From: Cryomorphaceae bacterium
Lineage (GTDB): Bacteria > Bacteroidota > Bacteroidia > Flavobacteriales > Flavobacteriaceae
NCBI GenBank assembly: GCA_018646865.1
Contig: JABGTW010000031.1
Location: 2,106 to 66,105 of the forward strand
Length of the DNA: 64,000 bases
Direction: 5' to 3'
The notes under the pieces were generated by a model, which ran no database searches, was not told the DNA's origin, and saw nothing but the letters and a program-made list of their open reading frames with translations. This document shows, piece after piece, positions 37,203 to 47,783 of this stretch (the stretch's first letter is position 1; every line of letters begins with the position of its first letter). Position numbers and translations under genes: made by a program.

Positions 37203-38435
37203 TTATTGTAAATTTTTAATGAGAGAATTGATGATTTTTGAATTCTTTTCTACATTTTTTAAAATATAATCGAAATTTATTTTTCCAGATTTATTTCTTA
37301 AGTCTATATCATCTAACAAAGAAAATACTTTAGAGAATTCATCAGGATTTTTAACGGAGTAGACCCCCCCAAGTTCTAGTAACTGTTCAGCCTCACTAAA
37401 ACCTTTATAATTTTGACCGATAATAACTGGACAAGAAAAAACTGCAGGTTCCAAAATATTATGAAGACCATTATTAGACATCCCTCCTCCAATATATGAG
37501 ACATGTCCGTATTTATAAATATATTTTAAACTTCCTATTGAATCAATAATTAATATTTTTTTATCAAAATCACCTTCAGATTTTAAACATGAATATTTGA
37601 CGGCTTTATCTCCATATAAATTCTCTAATTTTTTGATAAAATTAGAAGAGATGTTATGTGGTGCAATTATAGATTTAATATTATTTTTTTGTACAACTTT
37701 ATCAATTATACTGATATCTTTTTCCCAAACACTTCCAGCGATAAGACATTTTTGATTATCAATGAATTTCTCAATGTAATTTATTTGATTATTCTCTTCA
37801 AGTGTTTTAATAACTGATGTGAATCTTGAATCTCCTGAAATATTTATATTTTTTAATGAGTACTTTTTTAGTATACTTTCTGAATTAAAATCCTGGATAT
37901 AAAAGAAATCTATATTTTTTAATTTTTTTAGAAACCAATTACCATAAAATTTAAAATAAAACTGTGATTCATCGAACTTTGAGGATACTGAATAAATTAA
38001 AGAATTATTTTGCTTTAAGTAAGTTAAATAATTAGACCAAATATCATTTTTTATAAAAACTGCAACTTTTGGATTGACTATTTTTACAAATTTTTTCGCA
38101 TTTAATGATAAATCAAGTGGGAGATAAACCATTGAATCAGCAATTGTGTAATCTTTTGAATTTTCTAGCCCAGATGGAGAAAAAAAAGTAACTATAATCT
38201 TAATATCAGCTACGTTTGATTTTAATGACTCAATTATTGGTTTCGCTATTTCAAATTCTCCCAAAGATGCTACATGAAACCATATATTTTTATCAGAAGG
38301 ACTTACCTCTTTTCTTAGAATTTTAAAAGAATCCTTTCTCCCTTTAAAAAATAGATTTGTTTTAGATGAGAAAACTCTAAAAGGTTGAGATAGCAAATAA
38401 GCTAGGATTATAAATATTTCATAAATAAATTTCAC
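37203..38435 (-). CDS. waaA: 3-deoxy-D-manno-octulosonic acid (Kdo) transferase
   Basis: 410 aa. The WFHVASLGEFE motif is typical of KdtA/WaaA. Confidence 0.85.
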   Translation of the reverse strand: MKFIYEIFIILAYLLSQPFRVFSSKTNLFFKGRKDSFKILRKEVSPSDKNIWFHVASLGEFEIAKPIIESLKSNVADIKIIVTFFSPSGLENSKDYTIADSMVYLPLDLSLNAKKFVKIVNPKVAVFIKNDIWSNYLTYLKQNNSLIYSVSSKFDESQFYFKFYGNWFLKKLKNIDFFYIQDFNSESILKKYSLKNINISGDSRFTSVIKTLEENNQINYIEKFIDNQKCLIAGSVWEKDISIIDKVVQKNNIKSIIAPHNISSNFIKKLENLYGDKAVKYSCLKSEGDFDKKILIIDSIGSLKYIYKYGHVSYIGGGMSNNGLHNILEPAVFSCPVIIGQNYKGFSEAEQLLELGGVYSVKNPDEFSKVFSLLDDIDLRNKSGKINFDYILKNVEKNSKIINSLIKNLQ

Positions 38436-38477
38436 TAGATCCTTTTTTCCAAAAATACTTTTTTAATTTTGTTTTCG

Positions 38478-39608
38478 ATGAAAAAAATTAATATGGTTGA
38501 CCTAAATGGTCAATACCGAAAAATTAGATGGCAAGTTAATAGAGAGATGAAAAAAGTGATTAATTCATCATCATTCATTAATGGTCCAGTTGTAAAGGAA
38601 TTCCAAAATAATTTACAGCAATATCTAGATGTAAAACATGTTATTCCTTGTGCTAACGGTACCGATGCTCTTCAAATTGCTCTTATGGCTCTTGATTTAA
38701 AAAGAGGTGATGAGGTTATCACAACCAACTTTTCTTTTGCTTCAACTATTGAGGTTATACTTTTACTAGGTCTAAAACCAGTTGTAGTTGACATAGATTC
38801 AAGAACTTTCAATATAAACCCAAGTTTAATACAAGATAAAATTACTGATAGAACGAGAGCTATAATTCCTGTACACTTATTTGGTCAATCTTGTAGAATG
38901 GAGGAAATATTAGAAATAGCAAACAAAAATAATCTTCAAGTAATAGAAGATAATGCTCAAGCACTAGGGTCTAAATACAAATTTTCAAATTCTCATAAGC
39001 AAATGGCTGGAGCTATTGGAGATATTGCAACAACATCCTTTTTCCCATCAAAAAATCTTGGTTGTTATGGAGATGGAGGTGCTATTTTTACAAATTCAGA
39101 TACTCTAGCCTACAAGATGAGAGGTATTGTCAATCACGGAATGTATGAAAGGTACTATCATGATGAAATTGGAGTAAATTCTCGTCTAGATTCTATTCAA
39201 GCAGCAATATTGAATGTTAAGTTAAAGTACCTAAATAAATATAATATAAGTAGACAGGAAGCTGCTAATCTGTATAATAAGAGTTTTGAGGGAATAGATG
39301 AAATTGAAGTGCCATTTGTTGAATCAGATGTTGATTCGCATGTATATCATCAATACACATTAAAAATTAACAATGGAAAACGAGATGAATTAGCCGACCA
39401 TTTACAAAAAAATAATATTCCATTTGGAATCTATTATCCGCTTGGTTTCCATGAGCAAAAGGCATATAAACAAGAATTTATATCTGATAATGACTTTCCT
39501 GAAACAAATAAAGTAAAGGGTGAGGTTATCTCTTTGCCGATGCATACTGAGCTTACAAAAAAACAGATTAAGTTTATAACAAATACAATTATTAGTTTTT
39601 TTGAATAA
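38478..39608 (+). CDS. DegT/DnrJ/EryC1/StrS family sugar aminotransferase
   Basis: I prefer the ATG at 38478 over the tracked TTG at 38469. NGTDALQIAL and the PLP-Lys region SFFPSKNLG. Confidence 0.85.
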   Translation: MKKINMVDLNGQYRKIRWQVNREMKKVINSSSFINGPVVKEFQNNLQQYLDVKHVIPCANGTDALQIALMALDLKRGDEVITTNFSFASTIEVILLLGLKPVVVDIDSRTFNINPSLIQDKITDRTRAIIPVHLFGQSCRMEEILEIANKNNLQVIEDNAQALGSKYKFSNSHKQMAGAIGDIATTSFFPSKNLGCYGDGGAIFTNSDTLAYKMRGIVNHGMYERYYHDEIGVNSRLDSIQAAILNVKLKYLNKYNISRQEAANLYNKSFEGIDEIEVPFVESDVDSHVYHQYTLKINNGKRDELADHLQKNNIPFGIYYPLGFHEQKAYKQEFISDNDFPETNKVKGEVISLPMHTELTKKQIKFITNTIISFFE

Positions 39609-39642
39609 TTAGTCTTTTAAATTACTTTAGTAAAAAACAATC

Positions 39643-40917
39643 ATGAAAAATTTATTAATCTTTTTATTGATGACAACTACTTTGATGTCTCAAGACAAGT
39701 ATATTCATGCAGGTAAAATCTATGATTCTTCATCTGGTAAATATCACTTAAATAAAACCATAATTATTTCTGGAAATATTATTAGTTCAATAGAAGATGG
39801 TTTTATAGAACCAAAAAATGAAAAAATACTTATTTATGACCTTAAGTCTAAGGTTATACTCCCAGGACTTATAGACTTTCATGTTCACATGGAAAGTGAA
39901 TCAGGAGGAAAAGATAGATATATAAATAGATTTCAAGAGAATAAAGCAGATGTTGCATTTAAATCAACTCTTGTTGCAAAAAAAACACTTTTAGCTGGCT
40001 TTACAACCGTAAGAGATGTGGGAGGTTCAGGAGTTAATATTTCACTTAGAAATGCAATAAACAATGGAGTAGTTATTGGACCTCGAATATTTACATCAGG
40101 AAAAACCATTGCTACTACAGGAGGTCATGGTGATCCAACTAATGGTTATAAAGAAGGATTGATTGATGATCCAGGACCAAAAGATGGAGTAGTAAACTCT
40201 ATCAGTGATGCAAGAAAAGCTGTAAGGTATAGATATAAAAACGGTGCGGATTTAATTAAAATTACTGCAACTGGTGGTGTAATGAGTATGGCAAAAAATG
40301 GTCAAAACCCTCAATTCACTGAAGAGGTTATTAATGCTGTGGTTAGTACGGCTAAAGATTATGGAATGCATGTAGCAGCTCATGCTCATGGTGATGAAGG
40401 CATGTATAGGGCAGTTAAATCTGGAGTAAAAACTATTGAGCATGGTTCAATAATGAAAGAGAGAACAATGAAACTTATGCGAGAAAAGAACGCTTATCTA
40501 GTACCGACAATTAGCGCTGGAGAACATGTTGCAAAAATGGCAAAAATACCAGGTTATTATCCAGATATAATAATTCCTAAAGCTATTGAAGTTGGAGTCC
40601 AAAATAAAGCAACAACAAAGAAAGCTTTTCAAATGGGAGTTCCTATTGCTTTTGGAACAGATGCAGGAGTTTATCCACATGGAGACAATGCAGGTGAGTT
40701 TTTATATATGGATGAAATAGGTATACCAGCAGAATACTCAATTAAATCTGCAACAATTACAAATGCCAAACTTTTAAATATGGAGAATTTGATTGGTCAA
40801 ATCAAGAAAGGTTTTTTTGCCGATATTATTGCTACAGATAAAAGTCCAACTGAAGATATCTCTACTTTAAAAAATGTGATTTTTGTAATGAAAAATGGTG
40901 AGGTTTATAAAAAGTAA
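39643..40917 (+). CDS. amidohydrolase family protein (secreted)
   Basis: 424 aa with a signal peptide. HVH metal motif (DFHVHME), AHAHG and GTDAG. Confidence 0.8.
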   Translation: MKNLLIFLLMTTTLMSQDKYIHAGKIYDSSSGKYHLNKTIIISGNIISSIEDGFIEPKNEKILIYDLKSKVILPGLIDFHVHMESESGGKDRYINRFQENKADVAFKSTLVAKKTLLAGFTTVRDVGGSGVNISLRNAINNGVVIGPRIFTSGKTIATTGGHGDPTNGYKEGLIDDPGPKDGVVNSISDARKAVRYRYKNGADLIKITATGGVMSMAKNGQNPQFTEEVINAVVSTAKDYGMHVAAHAHGDEGMYRAVKSGVKTIEHGSIMKERTMKLMREKNAYLVPTISAGEHVAKMAKIPGYYPDIIIPKAIEVGVQNKATTKKAFQMGVPIAFGTDAGVYPHGDNAGEFLYMDEIGIPAEYSIKSATITNAKLLNMENLIGQIKKGFFADIIATDKSPTEDISTLKNVIFVMKNGEVYKK

Positions 40918-40919
40918 AC

Positions 40920-41792
40920 CTAGATTTTGCCAACTGTTATGTCATTATCTATTTTTCTTATCAAACCTTGAAGAATATTGCCAGGACCAACTTCATAAAA
41001 TTCTTTAACCCCATCATTTATCATTTTATTTACACTCTGTGTCCAAAGAACTGCACCCGTTAATTGACTTAGTAGATTTGATTTAATAATAGATGGATTT
41101 TTCACAGGATCTGAAGTAAAATTCTGATAAATAGGACAATTAGGGGTTTTAAACTCAGTTTTTTCAATACCTTTTTTTAATTCATCTGCAGCAGAGCTCA
41201 TTAATTCAGAGTGAAAAGCACCACCAACAGAAAGAATTAATGCTCTTTTCGCTCCCTTTTCTTTAAGTAATTCACAGGCTTCTTTAACTGCTTTAACTTC
41301 TCCTGAAATAACTAATTGACCCGGACAGTTGTAATTTGCTGGGTTAACAATCCCTTCAATTTCATTACATGTTGACTCAACAATATTATCTGCTAAGCCA
41401 AGTATTGCAGCCATAGTTCCGTTAGTTTCTTGACATGCTTTTTGCATTGCGTTAGCTCTGATAGAAACTAACTTAAGTCCATCTTCAAAACTAATTGAAT
41501 TAGATACAACAAGAGCAGAAAATTCACCTAGAGAATGACCAGCACATACATTAGGTTCAAAACTTTTTGATGTTAATGCTGAGATAACAGAATGAATAAA
41601 AATAGCAGGTTGAGTAACTTTTGTTTGTGATAAGTCTTCACTAGAGCCTTCAAACATTAACTCAGTGATATTAAAGTTTAAAATTTTATTAGCTTTTTTA
41701 AAAAGATCTCTAGATTCAGAGACCTCATTAAATATTTCTTGACCCATGCCAGGTTTCTGAGATCCTTGACCAGGAAACACATATGCTTTCAT
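40920..41792 (-). CDS. fabD: malonyl CoA-ACP transacylase
   Basis: 290 aa. FPGQGSQ and GHSLGEFSAL. Confidence 0.95.
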   Translation of the reverse strand: MKAYVFPGQGSQKPGMGQEIFNEVSESRDLFKKANKILNFNITELMFEGSSEDLSQTKVTQPAIFIHSVISALTSKSFEPNVCAGHSLGEFSALVVSNSISFEDGLKLVSIRANAMQKACQETNGTMAAILGLADNIVESTCNEIEGIVNPANYNCPGQLVISGEVKAVKEACELLKEKGAKRALILSVGGAFHSELMSSAADELKKGIEKTEFKTPNCPIYQNFTSDPVKNPSIIKSNLLSQLTGAVLWTQSVNKMINDGVKEFYEVGPGNILQGLIRKIDNDITVGKI

Positions 41793-41793
41793 A

Positions 41794-42288
41794 TTATTTC
41801 TTTATATAAGTTAAAAAAGAATATTTAATATTTTCAACACCTTTAAGTTCATAAGCTTCTTCACTAACTAATTTGAATTTATCAAGAGGAACATCAGGAA
41901 AGTATGCATCTCCTTCATAATCTTTAAAGACTCTTGTTAGTTCAATCTTCTCTACAATATTTATAGTTTGAGAATATATTTCACCTCCACCGATCACAAA
42001 AGGTTGAGGGTCATTTTTGCAATGATCTAATGCTTCATTAATACTTTTACAGACTATTACTTCATCATGTTGATATTCGGTATTTCTCGTAACAACAATA
42101 TTTACTCTATTAGGCAGAGGATTGGGTAATGATTCAAAGGTCTTTCGTCCCATTATGACAGAGTGACCCTGGGTTAGTTCTTTAAACCTTTTTAAGTCTT
42201 TGGGAATATCCCATATCAGTCTATTATCAAGCCCAATAACATTGTTTGTTGATGCTGCAGCAATTATGGTAAGTCCATTTTTTATCAT
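41794..42288 (-). CDS. folA: dihydrofolate reductase
   Basis: 164 aa. IAAAS..NVIG, GRKTFESLP and VIGGGEIY. Confidence 0.9.
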   Translation of the reverse strand: MIKNGLTIIAAASTNNVIGLDNRLIWDIPKDLKRFKELTQGHSVIMGRKTFESLPNPLPNRVNIVVTRNTEYQHDEVIVCKSINEALDHCKNDPQPFVIGGGEIYSQTINIVEKIELTRVFKDYEGDAYFPDVPLDKFKLVSEEAYELKGVENIKYSFLTYIKK

Positions 42289-42292
42289 ATTT

Positions 42293-43117
42293 CTAAACTG
42301 AAATCTTACCCTTTATCGAGGGATGAGAATTATAATTTAATATTTCTATATCTTCAAATTTGAAATCTTCTATATTTTTAACTCTTTGATTAAGCTTTAA
42401 TTTAGGAAGTGGCATAGGAGCTCTTGATAATTGAAGTTTAACCTGCTCAAGATGGTTAAGGTAAATATGTGTATCTCCAAAAGTGTGAACAAAATCACCA
42501 ACCTCATATCCACATACTTGAGCTATCATATGAGTAAGTAAGGAATAAGAAGCTATATTAAATGGAACACCTAAAAATACATCTGCACTTCTCTGATACA
42601 TTTGGCATGATAGCTTATTATCTGCAACATAAAATTGAAAAAAAGCATGACAGGGTGGTAATGCAGCCTTACCATCTTTTACATTTTCACTAAAAGATTT
42701 TTTGCTATCTGGAATTATATTTGGATTCCATGCAGTTACTATCATTCTCCTACTTGAAGGATTAGTTTTAAGAGAGTTAATTACATCCTTTAGTTGATCT
42801 ATTCCATCACTATTCCAGTTTCTCCATTGATGACCATAAATTGGGCCAAGATTACCTTTATTATCTGCCCACTCATCCCAAATTGTAACACCGTTATCCT
42901 TTAAATATTTAATATTTGTTTCACCGTTAATAAACCAAATTAGTTCGTGAATTATAGATCTTAAATGTAATTTTTTTGTGGTTACAAGTGGAAACCCATT
43001 TTGTAGATTGAATCTCATTTGATAACCGAATACACTAATAGTTCCTGTACCAGTTCTGTCTTTCTTCTCTACACCATTATCATTTATATGCTTCAGTAAA
43101 TCAATATATTGTTTCAT
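42293..43117 (-). CDS. thyA: thymidylate synthase
   Basis: 274 aa. DRTGTGT, active-site [12 protein letters not shown], and [16 protein letters not shown]. Confidence 0.95.
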   Translation of the reverse strand: MKQYIDLLKHINDNGVEKKDRTGTGTISVFGYQMRFNLQNGFPLVTTKKLHLRSIIHELIWFINGETNIKYLKDNGVTIWDEWADNKGNLGPIYGHQWRNWNSDGIDQLKDVINSLKTNPSSRRMIVTAWNPNIIPDSKKSFSENVKDGKAALPPCHAFFQFYVADNKLSCQMYQRSADVFLGVPFNIASYSLLTHMIAQVCGYEVGDFVHTFGDTHIYLNHLEQVKLQLSRAPMPLPKLKLNQRVKNIEDFKFEDIEILNYNSHPSIKGKISV

Positions 43118-43731
43118 TTTATACTTTTTCTAGTATTTAACTCATCTCTTAGTTTTGCAGCCAGTTCATAATCTTCACTTTGAATACTTTTTTCAAGCAT
43201 TTTTTTAATTTTATTTGAAGATATTTTTTTTATGTCTTTTGATTCTTTAATAGTTTTATCAGGTGTATCAGTTTTAAAAAAACTATCATCTATAAAATTA
43301 ATTTCTTCAGGATATCTTTCATTATCTTCAAATCCAGCTTGATCTAAAATTTCTTTATCAATAAATATAGGAGCACTAAATCTAATAGATAATGCAATAG
43401 CGTCTGATGTCCTAGAATCAATTTTAATTATTTCATTATCCTTTTCACATACTATATTTGAAAAAAACACACCATCAATTAATTTGTGTATTAAAACATG
43501 ATTAAGTTTAATGTCAAATTTATCTGCAAATCCTTTAAATAATTCATGAGTTAAAGGTCTAGAGGTCTTAATTTTTTTTTCAAGTGCTATTGCAATAGCC
43601 TGAGCTTCAAATCCGCCAATTACAATTGGCAACTTTTTATTTCCATTTATCTCATCAAGAATTAGAGCAAAAGCTCCAGAAGTATTATCGCTGTATGATA
43701 TTCCTTGAATTTTTAATTCTACCAATTCCAT
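43114..43731 (-). CDS. bifunctional nuclease (DUF151) with C-terminal UVR motif
   Basis: 205 aa. [13 protein letters not shown] and RPLTHEL motifs, plus a C-terminal UVR-like [13 protein letters not shown]. Confidence 0.75.
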   Translation of the reverse strand: MELVELKIQGISYSDNTSGAFALILDEINGNKKLPIVIGGFEAQAIAIALEKKIKTSRPLTHELFKGFADKFDIKLNHVLIHKLIDGVFFSNIVCEKDNEIIKIDSRTSDAIALSIRFSAPIFIDKEILDQAGFEDNERYPEEINFIDDSFFKTDTPDKTIKESKDIKKISSNKIKKMLEKSIQSEDYELAAKLRDELNTRKSIK

Positions 43732-43834
43732 TTAAAAATATAATTGCACAAATTAATTAAATAAAATTTAAATCTCATCAGAGCACAATAGGAAATATTT
43801 TTTTTATGATTAAATTCGCATAAAATTATTAAGT

Positions 43835-44812
43835 ATGAAGACAGTCCAGTTTAGACAAGCAATTTGTGAAGCGATGTCAGAAGAAATGAGAAGAGATGAA
43901 ACTATCTATCTTATGGGTGAAGAAGTTGCTGAATATAATGGTGCTTACAAAGCATCAAAAGGGATGTTAGATGAATTTGGAGATTTAAGAGTGATTGATA
44001 CACCAATATCAGAGGCAGGTTTTTCTGGTGTTGGAGTTGGTTCAACTATGGTTGGAGCAAGACCTATAATAGAATTTATGACTTTTAATTTTGCATTAGT
44101 TGGAATAGATCAAATAATTAATAATGCTGCAAAAATAAGACAAATGTCAGGAGGTCAGTTTCCTTGTCCAATTGTTTTTAGAGGACCAACTGCATCTGCA
44201 GGTCAACTTGGTGCAACTCACTCTCAGGCTTTTGAAAGCTGGTTTGCTAACTGTCCTGGCTTAAAAGTAATTGTTCCATCAAATCCATATGATGCTAAAG
44301 GCTTACTTAAATCTGCAATAAGAGATGACGACCCTGTAATTTTTATGGAGTCAGAACAAATGTATGGTGATAAAGGAGAGATTCCAGAGGGTGAATATAC
44401 ACTTCCTATTGGAGTTGCTGATATTAAAAGAAAAGGAAAAGATGTGACTGTTGTATCTTTTGGAAAGATTATTAAAGAGGCCTATAAGGCAGCTGAAGCT
44501 CTTGAAAAAGAAGGTATTGAGTGTGAAATTATTGATCTTAGAACACTTAGGCCAATTGATTATGACACTGTTATTGATTCTGTTAAAAAGACTAACAGAC
44601 TTGTTATTCTGGAAGAAGCCTGGCCATTTGGAAATATTTCTACAGATATTTCACATAAAGTTCAAAATGATATTTTCGATTATCTAGATGCGCCTGTTGA
44701 AAAGGTAAATAATGCTGATACTCCTACTCCATATTCTCCCGTTCTCTTAGAAGAGTGGCTTCCAAATAGTGAAGAAGTAATTAAAGCAGTTAAAAAAGTA
44801 CTTTACCTTTAA
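43835..44812 (+). CDS. pyruvate/2-oxoacid dehydrogenase E1 component beta subunit
   Basis: 325 aa. [18 protein letters not shown] and the transketolase C-terminal domain. Confidence 0.9.
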   Translation: MKTVQFRQAICEAMSEEMRRDETIYLMGEEVAEYNGAYKASKGMLDEFGDLRVIDTPISEAGFSGVGVGSTMVGARPIIEFMTFNFALVGIDQIINNAAKIRQMSGGQFPCPIVFRGPTASAGQLGATHSQAFESWFANCPGLKVIVPSNPYDAKGLLKSAIRDDDPVIFMESEQMYGDKGEIPEGEYTLPIGVADIKRKGKDVTVVSFGKIIKEAYKAAEALEKEGIECEIIDLRTLRPIDYDTVIDSVKKTNRLVILEEAWPFGNISTDISHKVQNDIFDYLDAPVEKVNNADTPTPYSPVLLEEWLPNSEEVIKAVKKVLYL

Positions 44813-46926
44813 AGTAATGGAGCTATAACTAGAGCAACTACTGCAATTAATTTCAATAGAATATTAAGCGAAGGTCCAGATGTATCTTTAAATGGATCAC
44901 CAACTGTGTCCCCAACCACTGCAGCTTTGTGAGCATCAGATCCTTTTCTACCATCCTCTTCAATCATTTTTTTTGCATTATCCCATGCTCCTCCAGCATT
45001 TGATTGAAAAATAGCCATCAAAACTCCACATGAAGTAACACCAGCAAGAAGACCTCCTAACATTTCAGCTCCTCCAGCAAAACCAATTATTACTGGAACA
45101 GAAATTGCCATTAATCCAGGTAATACCATTTCTCTTAATGCAGCTTGTGTGGAAATTTCCACACATTTACTATATTCTGCTACACCATCAGCTTCATTAA
45201 AAATCTTTAAATCTTCTTTTGTTGCCTTTGAAAGATCTGAATCATACTTTCTCATAATTTCAAGAGCTGCTTTAAGTTTAGGAAGATCTCTAAATTGTCT
45301 TCTAACTTCTTCGATCATACTCATCGCTGCTTTACCAACTGCTTTCATTGAAAGAGCAGAAAAAACAAAAGGTAACATTGCTCCTAGAAGTAATCCGGTC
45401 ATTACAATTGGCTTTGAAATATCTATTGAAGTAATTTCTGCGGTCTGCATAAAAGCTGCAAACAATGCTAAAGCAGTTAATGCTGCTGATGCAATTGCAA
45501 AACCCTTACCAATAGCTGCAGTTGTATTTCCTACAGCGTCAAGTTTATCTGTTCTTTCCCTTACTTTAGGATCTAAATCAGCCATTTCTGCAATCCCTCC
45601 AGCGTTATCTGAAATTGGACCATATGCATCTACTGCTAATTGTATACCAGTATTAGCAAGCATTCCAACTGCAGCAATTGCAATACCATACAATCCAGCA
45701 AACTCATATGAAAGAAGAATCGCAGCACAGATAAAAATAATTGGTAAAGCCGTTGAAATCATACCAACACCTAATCCTGCAATAATAGTAGTTGCAGCAC
45801 CAGTTTCAGATTGCTCTACGATTGAAAGAACAGGCTTTTTACCAGTTGCTGTATAATATTCGGTTACTTTTCCAACTGCAAGTCCTGCTAACAAACCACT
45901 TATTGTTGCACCAAAAACACCATTTGAAGTATATACAATCTCATTAAATACCCATGATTCAGGAAGTAAATTTTGTATTAAAAAATATGTAACAACAATC
46001 ATTAATCCTGCTGATAGAAACTCTCCTGTATTAAGAGCTTTATGTGGATCACCACCTTCTTTAACTCTAACAAAGAAAGTACCAATTATAGACATTATAA
46101 TTCCAGCAGCAGCTATGTAAAGTGGAAGTAATACAGCATTTATTTCAATTCCAGAAAATTCAGATAAACCAACATAGGCAGCTCCTAAAACCATTGCACC
46201 AATAATAGAACCAACAAATGATTCAAATAAATCTGCACCCATTCCAGCAACATCTCCAACATTATCTCCAACATTATCTGCAATTGTTGCAGGGTTCAAA
46301 GGATGATCCTCAGGAATACCTGCTTCAACTTTTCCAACAAGATCAGCACCAACGTCAGCAGCTTTAGTGTAAATTCCACCACCAACTCTAGCAAATAAGG
46401 CAATTGAAGACGCACCTAATGAAAATCCTGATAATACTTGAATTACAGTATTTATGTCAGTAAACATTGGTCTATAAATTATAAACAAAGATCCAAGTCC
46501 AAGAACACCAAGTCCTACAACACCCATACCCATTACAGATCCACCAGAAAAAGCAATTTCAAGTGCTTTTCCAATAGATTCTTGAGCAGCATTTGTTGTT
46601 CTTACATTAGCTTTGGTTGCAACTTGCATACCTATAAATCCAGCTAATCCAGAACAAAAAGCACCAACAACAAACGATACAGCAACTAACCAGCTACTAC
46701 CTTCGTTTATTCCTTTAAATGCTAGTAATACAGCAGTTATTATAACAAATACTGATAGTATTTTATATTCAGCTTTAAGAAAGGCCATAGCGCCATCAGC
46801 AATATTTTTTGCAATTTCTGCCATCTTAGCATTTCCAACTTCTTTTTTAGAAATTGATAAGTTTTTAATAAAAACAAAAATTAAAGCTAGAATTCCAGCT
46901 GTGGGGATAAGATATATGTAGTCCAT
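44809..46926 (-). CDS. hppA: membrane-bound ion-translocating pyrophosphatase (K+-dependent subtype by signature)
   Basis: 705 aa, multi-[19 protein letters not shown] and [22 protein letters not shown] carries Ala rather than Lys at the K+-dependence position. Confidence 0.95.
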   Translation of the reverse strand: MDYIYLIPTAGILALIFVFIKNLSISKKEVGNAKMAEIAKNIADGAMAFLKAEYKILSVFVIITAVLLAFKGINEGSSWLVAVSFVVGAFCSGLAGFIGMQVATKANVRTTNAAQESIGKALEIAFSGGSVMGMGVVGLGVLGLGSLFIIYRPMFTDINTVIQVLSGFSLGASSIALFARVGGGIYTKAADVGADLVGKVEAGIPEDHPLNPATIADNVGDNVGDVAGMGADLFESFVGSIIGAMVLGAAYVGLSEFSGIEINAVLLPLYIAAAGIIMSIIGTFFVRVKEGGDPHKALNTGEFLSAGLMIVVTYFLIQNLLPESWVFNEIVYTSNGVFGATISGLLAGLAVGKVTEYYTATGKKPVLSIVEQSETGAATTIIAGLGVGMISTALPIIFICAAILLSYEFAGLYGIAIAAVGMLANTGIQLAVDAYGPISDNAGGIAEMADLDPKVRERTDKLDAVGNTTAAIGKGFAIASAALTALALFAAFMQTAEITSIDISKPIVMTGLLLGAMLPFVFSALSMKAVGKAAMSMIEEVRRQFRDLPKLKAALEIMRKYDSDLSKATKEDLKIFNEADGVAEYSKCVEISTQAALREMVLPGLMAISVPVIIGFAGGAEMLGGLLAGVTSCGVLMAIFQSNAGGAWDNAKKMIEEDGRKGSDAHKAAVVGDTVGDPFKDTSGPSLNILLKLIAVVALVIAPLL

Positions 46927-46994
46927 TTTTTAAATTTTTTTCAAATATAATACAATGATAAAAATGGTGAGCAAAAATATTGAGAAAGATGTAA

Positions 46995-47609
46995 CTAAAG
47001 TTCCTTTTTAATGAGTTCAAGGATAGTTTCATAATCAGTCTTATTTTCGACAAAATCTAGATCATCTACATTAACCTTTAGGAGATTACCGCTATTATAG
47101 TTCGTAATCCATGCTTCATATCTCTCATTAAGCCTACTCAAATACTCAATACTAATTGTCTTTTCGTAATCTCTCCCACGTTTGTGAATTTTATTAACTA
47201 AGTTAGGAATACTACTTTGAAGATATACTAATAGATCTGGTGGTTTAACTAGATTTAACATAGTGTCAAACAAAGACAAATAATTATCATAGTCTCTCTG
47301 AGTCATTAATCCCATTGAATTTAGGTTAGGAGCAAAAATAAATGCATCTTCATAAATGGTTCTATCTTGAATTACATTTTCATTTACTTTATCAATTGCA
47401 ACTAACTGTTTAAAACGACTGTTTAAAAAATATATTTGGAGATTAAACGACCACCTTTCCATATGATTGTAAAAATCATCTAGATATGGATTGGCAATTA
47501 CATCTTCATAATATGGTTTGTATTTTAAACTTTTTGAAAGTTGTTTAGTTAGACTGGTTTTTCCAGCACCAATATTTCCTGCTATAGCTATTCTCATAAT
47601 TTTAGCCAA
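46995..47609 (-). CDS. deoxynucleoside kinase
   Basis: 204 aa. P-loop GNIGAGKTS and the DRTIYED (DRS-like) motif. Confidence 0.85.
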   Translation of the reverse strand: MAKIMRIAIAGNIGAGKTSLTKQLSKSLKYKPYYEDVIANPYLDDFYNHMERWSFNLQIYFLNSRFKQLVAIDKVNENVIQDRTIYEDAFIFAPNLNSMGLMTQRDYDNYLSLFDTMLNLVKPPDLLVYLQSSIPNLVNKIHKRGRDYEKTISIEYLSRLNERYEAWITNYNSGNLLKVNVDDLDFVENKTDYETILELIKKEL

Positions 47610-47645
47610 AGTAGGAGGTTTTTTTTAAAGAAAAAAGAAGAATAA

Positions 47646-47675
47646 TTTGAAATATATATTTTTTTTATACTTTTG
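47646..47675 (+). promoter_or_regulatory. Bacteroidota-type promoter (-33 TTTG, -7 TACTTTTG) for the metK operon
   Basis: TTTG at 47646-47649, then TACTTTTG (TAnnTTTG) at 47668-47675 after an 18-nt spacer. This implies a 5' UTR of about 100 nt. Confidence 0.45.
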
Positions 47676-47680
47676 TATAG

Positions 47681-47783
47681 AACAGAGGAAGGATTTGACT
47701 GATTGCAACCTCTTAAAAAAATTGCTAAAGCAGTAATTCTTTTTACTCGCAATCTTTCATTCTATTTCTCACAAATTTATTTT
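47681..47783 (+). promoter_or_regulatory. structured metK 5' leader; candidate SAM-responsive pseudoknot riboswitch (SAM-II/SAM-V-like, class unresolved)
   Basis: P1 AGAGG (47684-88) pairs with CCTCT (47709-13). Loop GCAA (47705-08) can pair with the 3' tail TTGC (47722-25), which is preceded by an A7 tract and followed by TAAAGC. An alternative helix is GATTGC (47701-06) with GCAATC (47749-54). The leader sits in front of metK-metY-metX. Confidence 0.35.

Noticed and set aside
43732-43834. ATGATTAAATTCGCAT in the divergent nuclease/pdhB intergenic region as a third operator
   Set aside because: The right arm does not match (TCGCAT versus ATCAT), so it is not a palindrome.
45149-46921. Long plus-strand ORFs (235, 69 and 102 aa) antisense to hppA
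   Set aside because: They lie entirely inside a well-supported 705-aa pyrophosphatase gene. Their translations are low-complexity Ala/Ile/Ser-rich mirror images of a Gly/Ala/Val-rich membrane protein, which is a typical antisense open-frame artefact.
47703-47783. TTG-initiated 27-codon N-terminal extension of metK in the ORF track
   Set aside because: MetK homologues begin at MSYLFTSESVSEGHPDK (47784). The extension covers the predicted structured leader and has no protein-like features.
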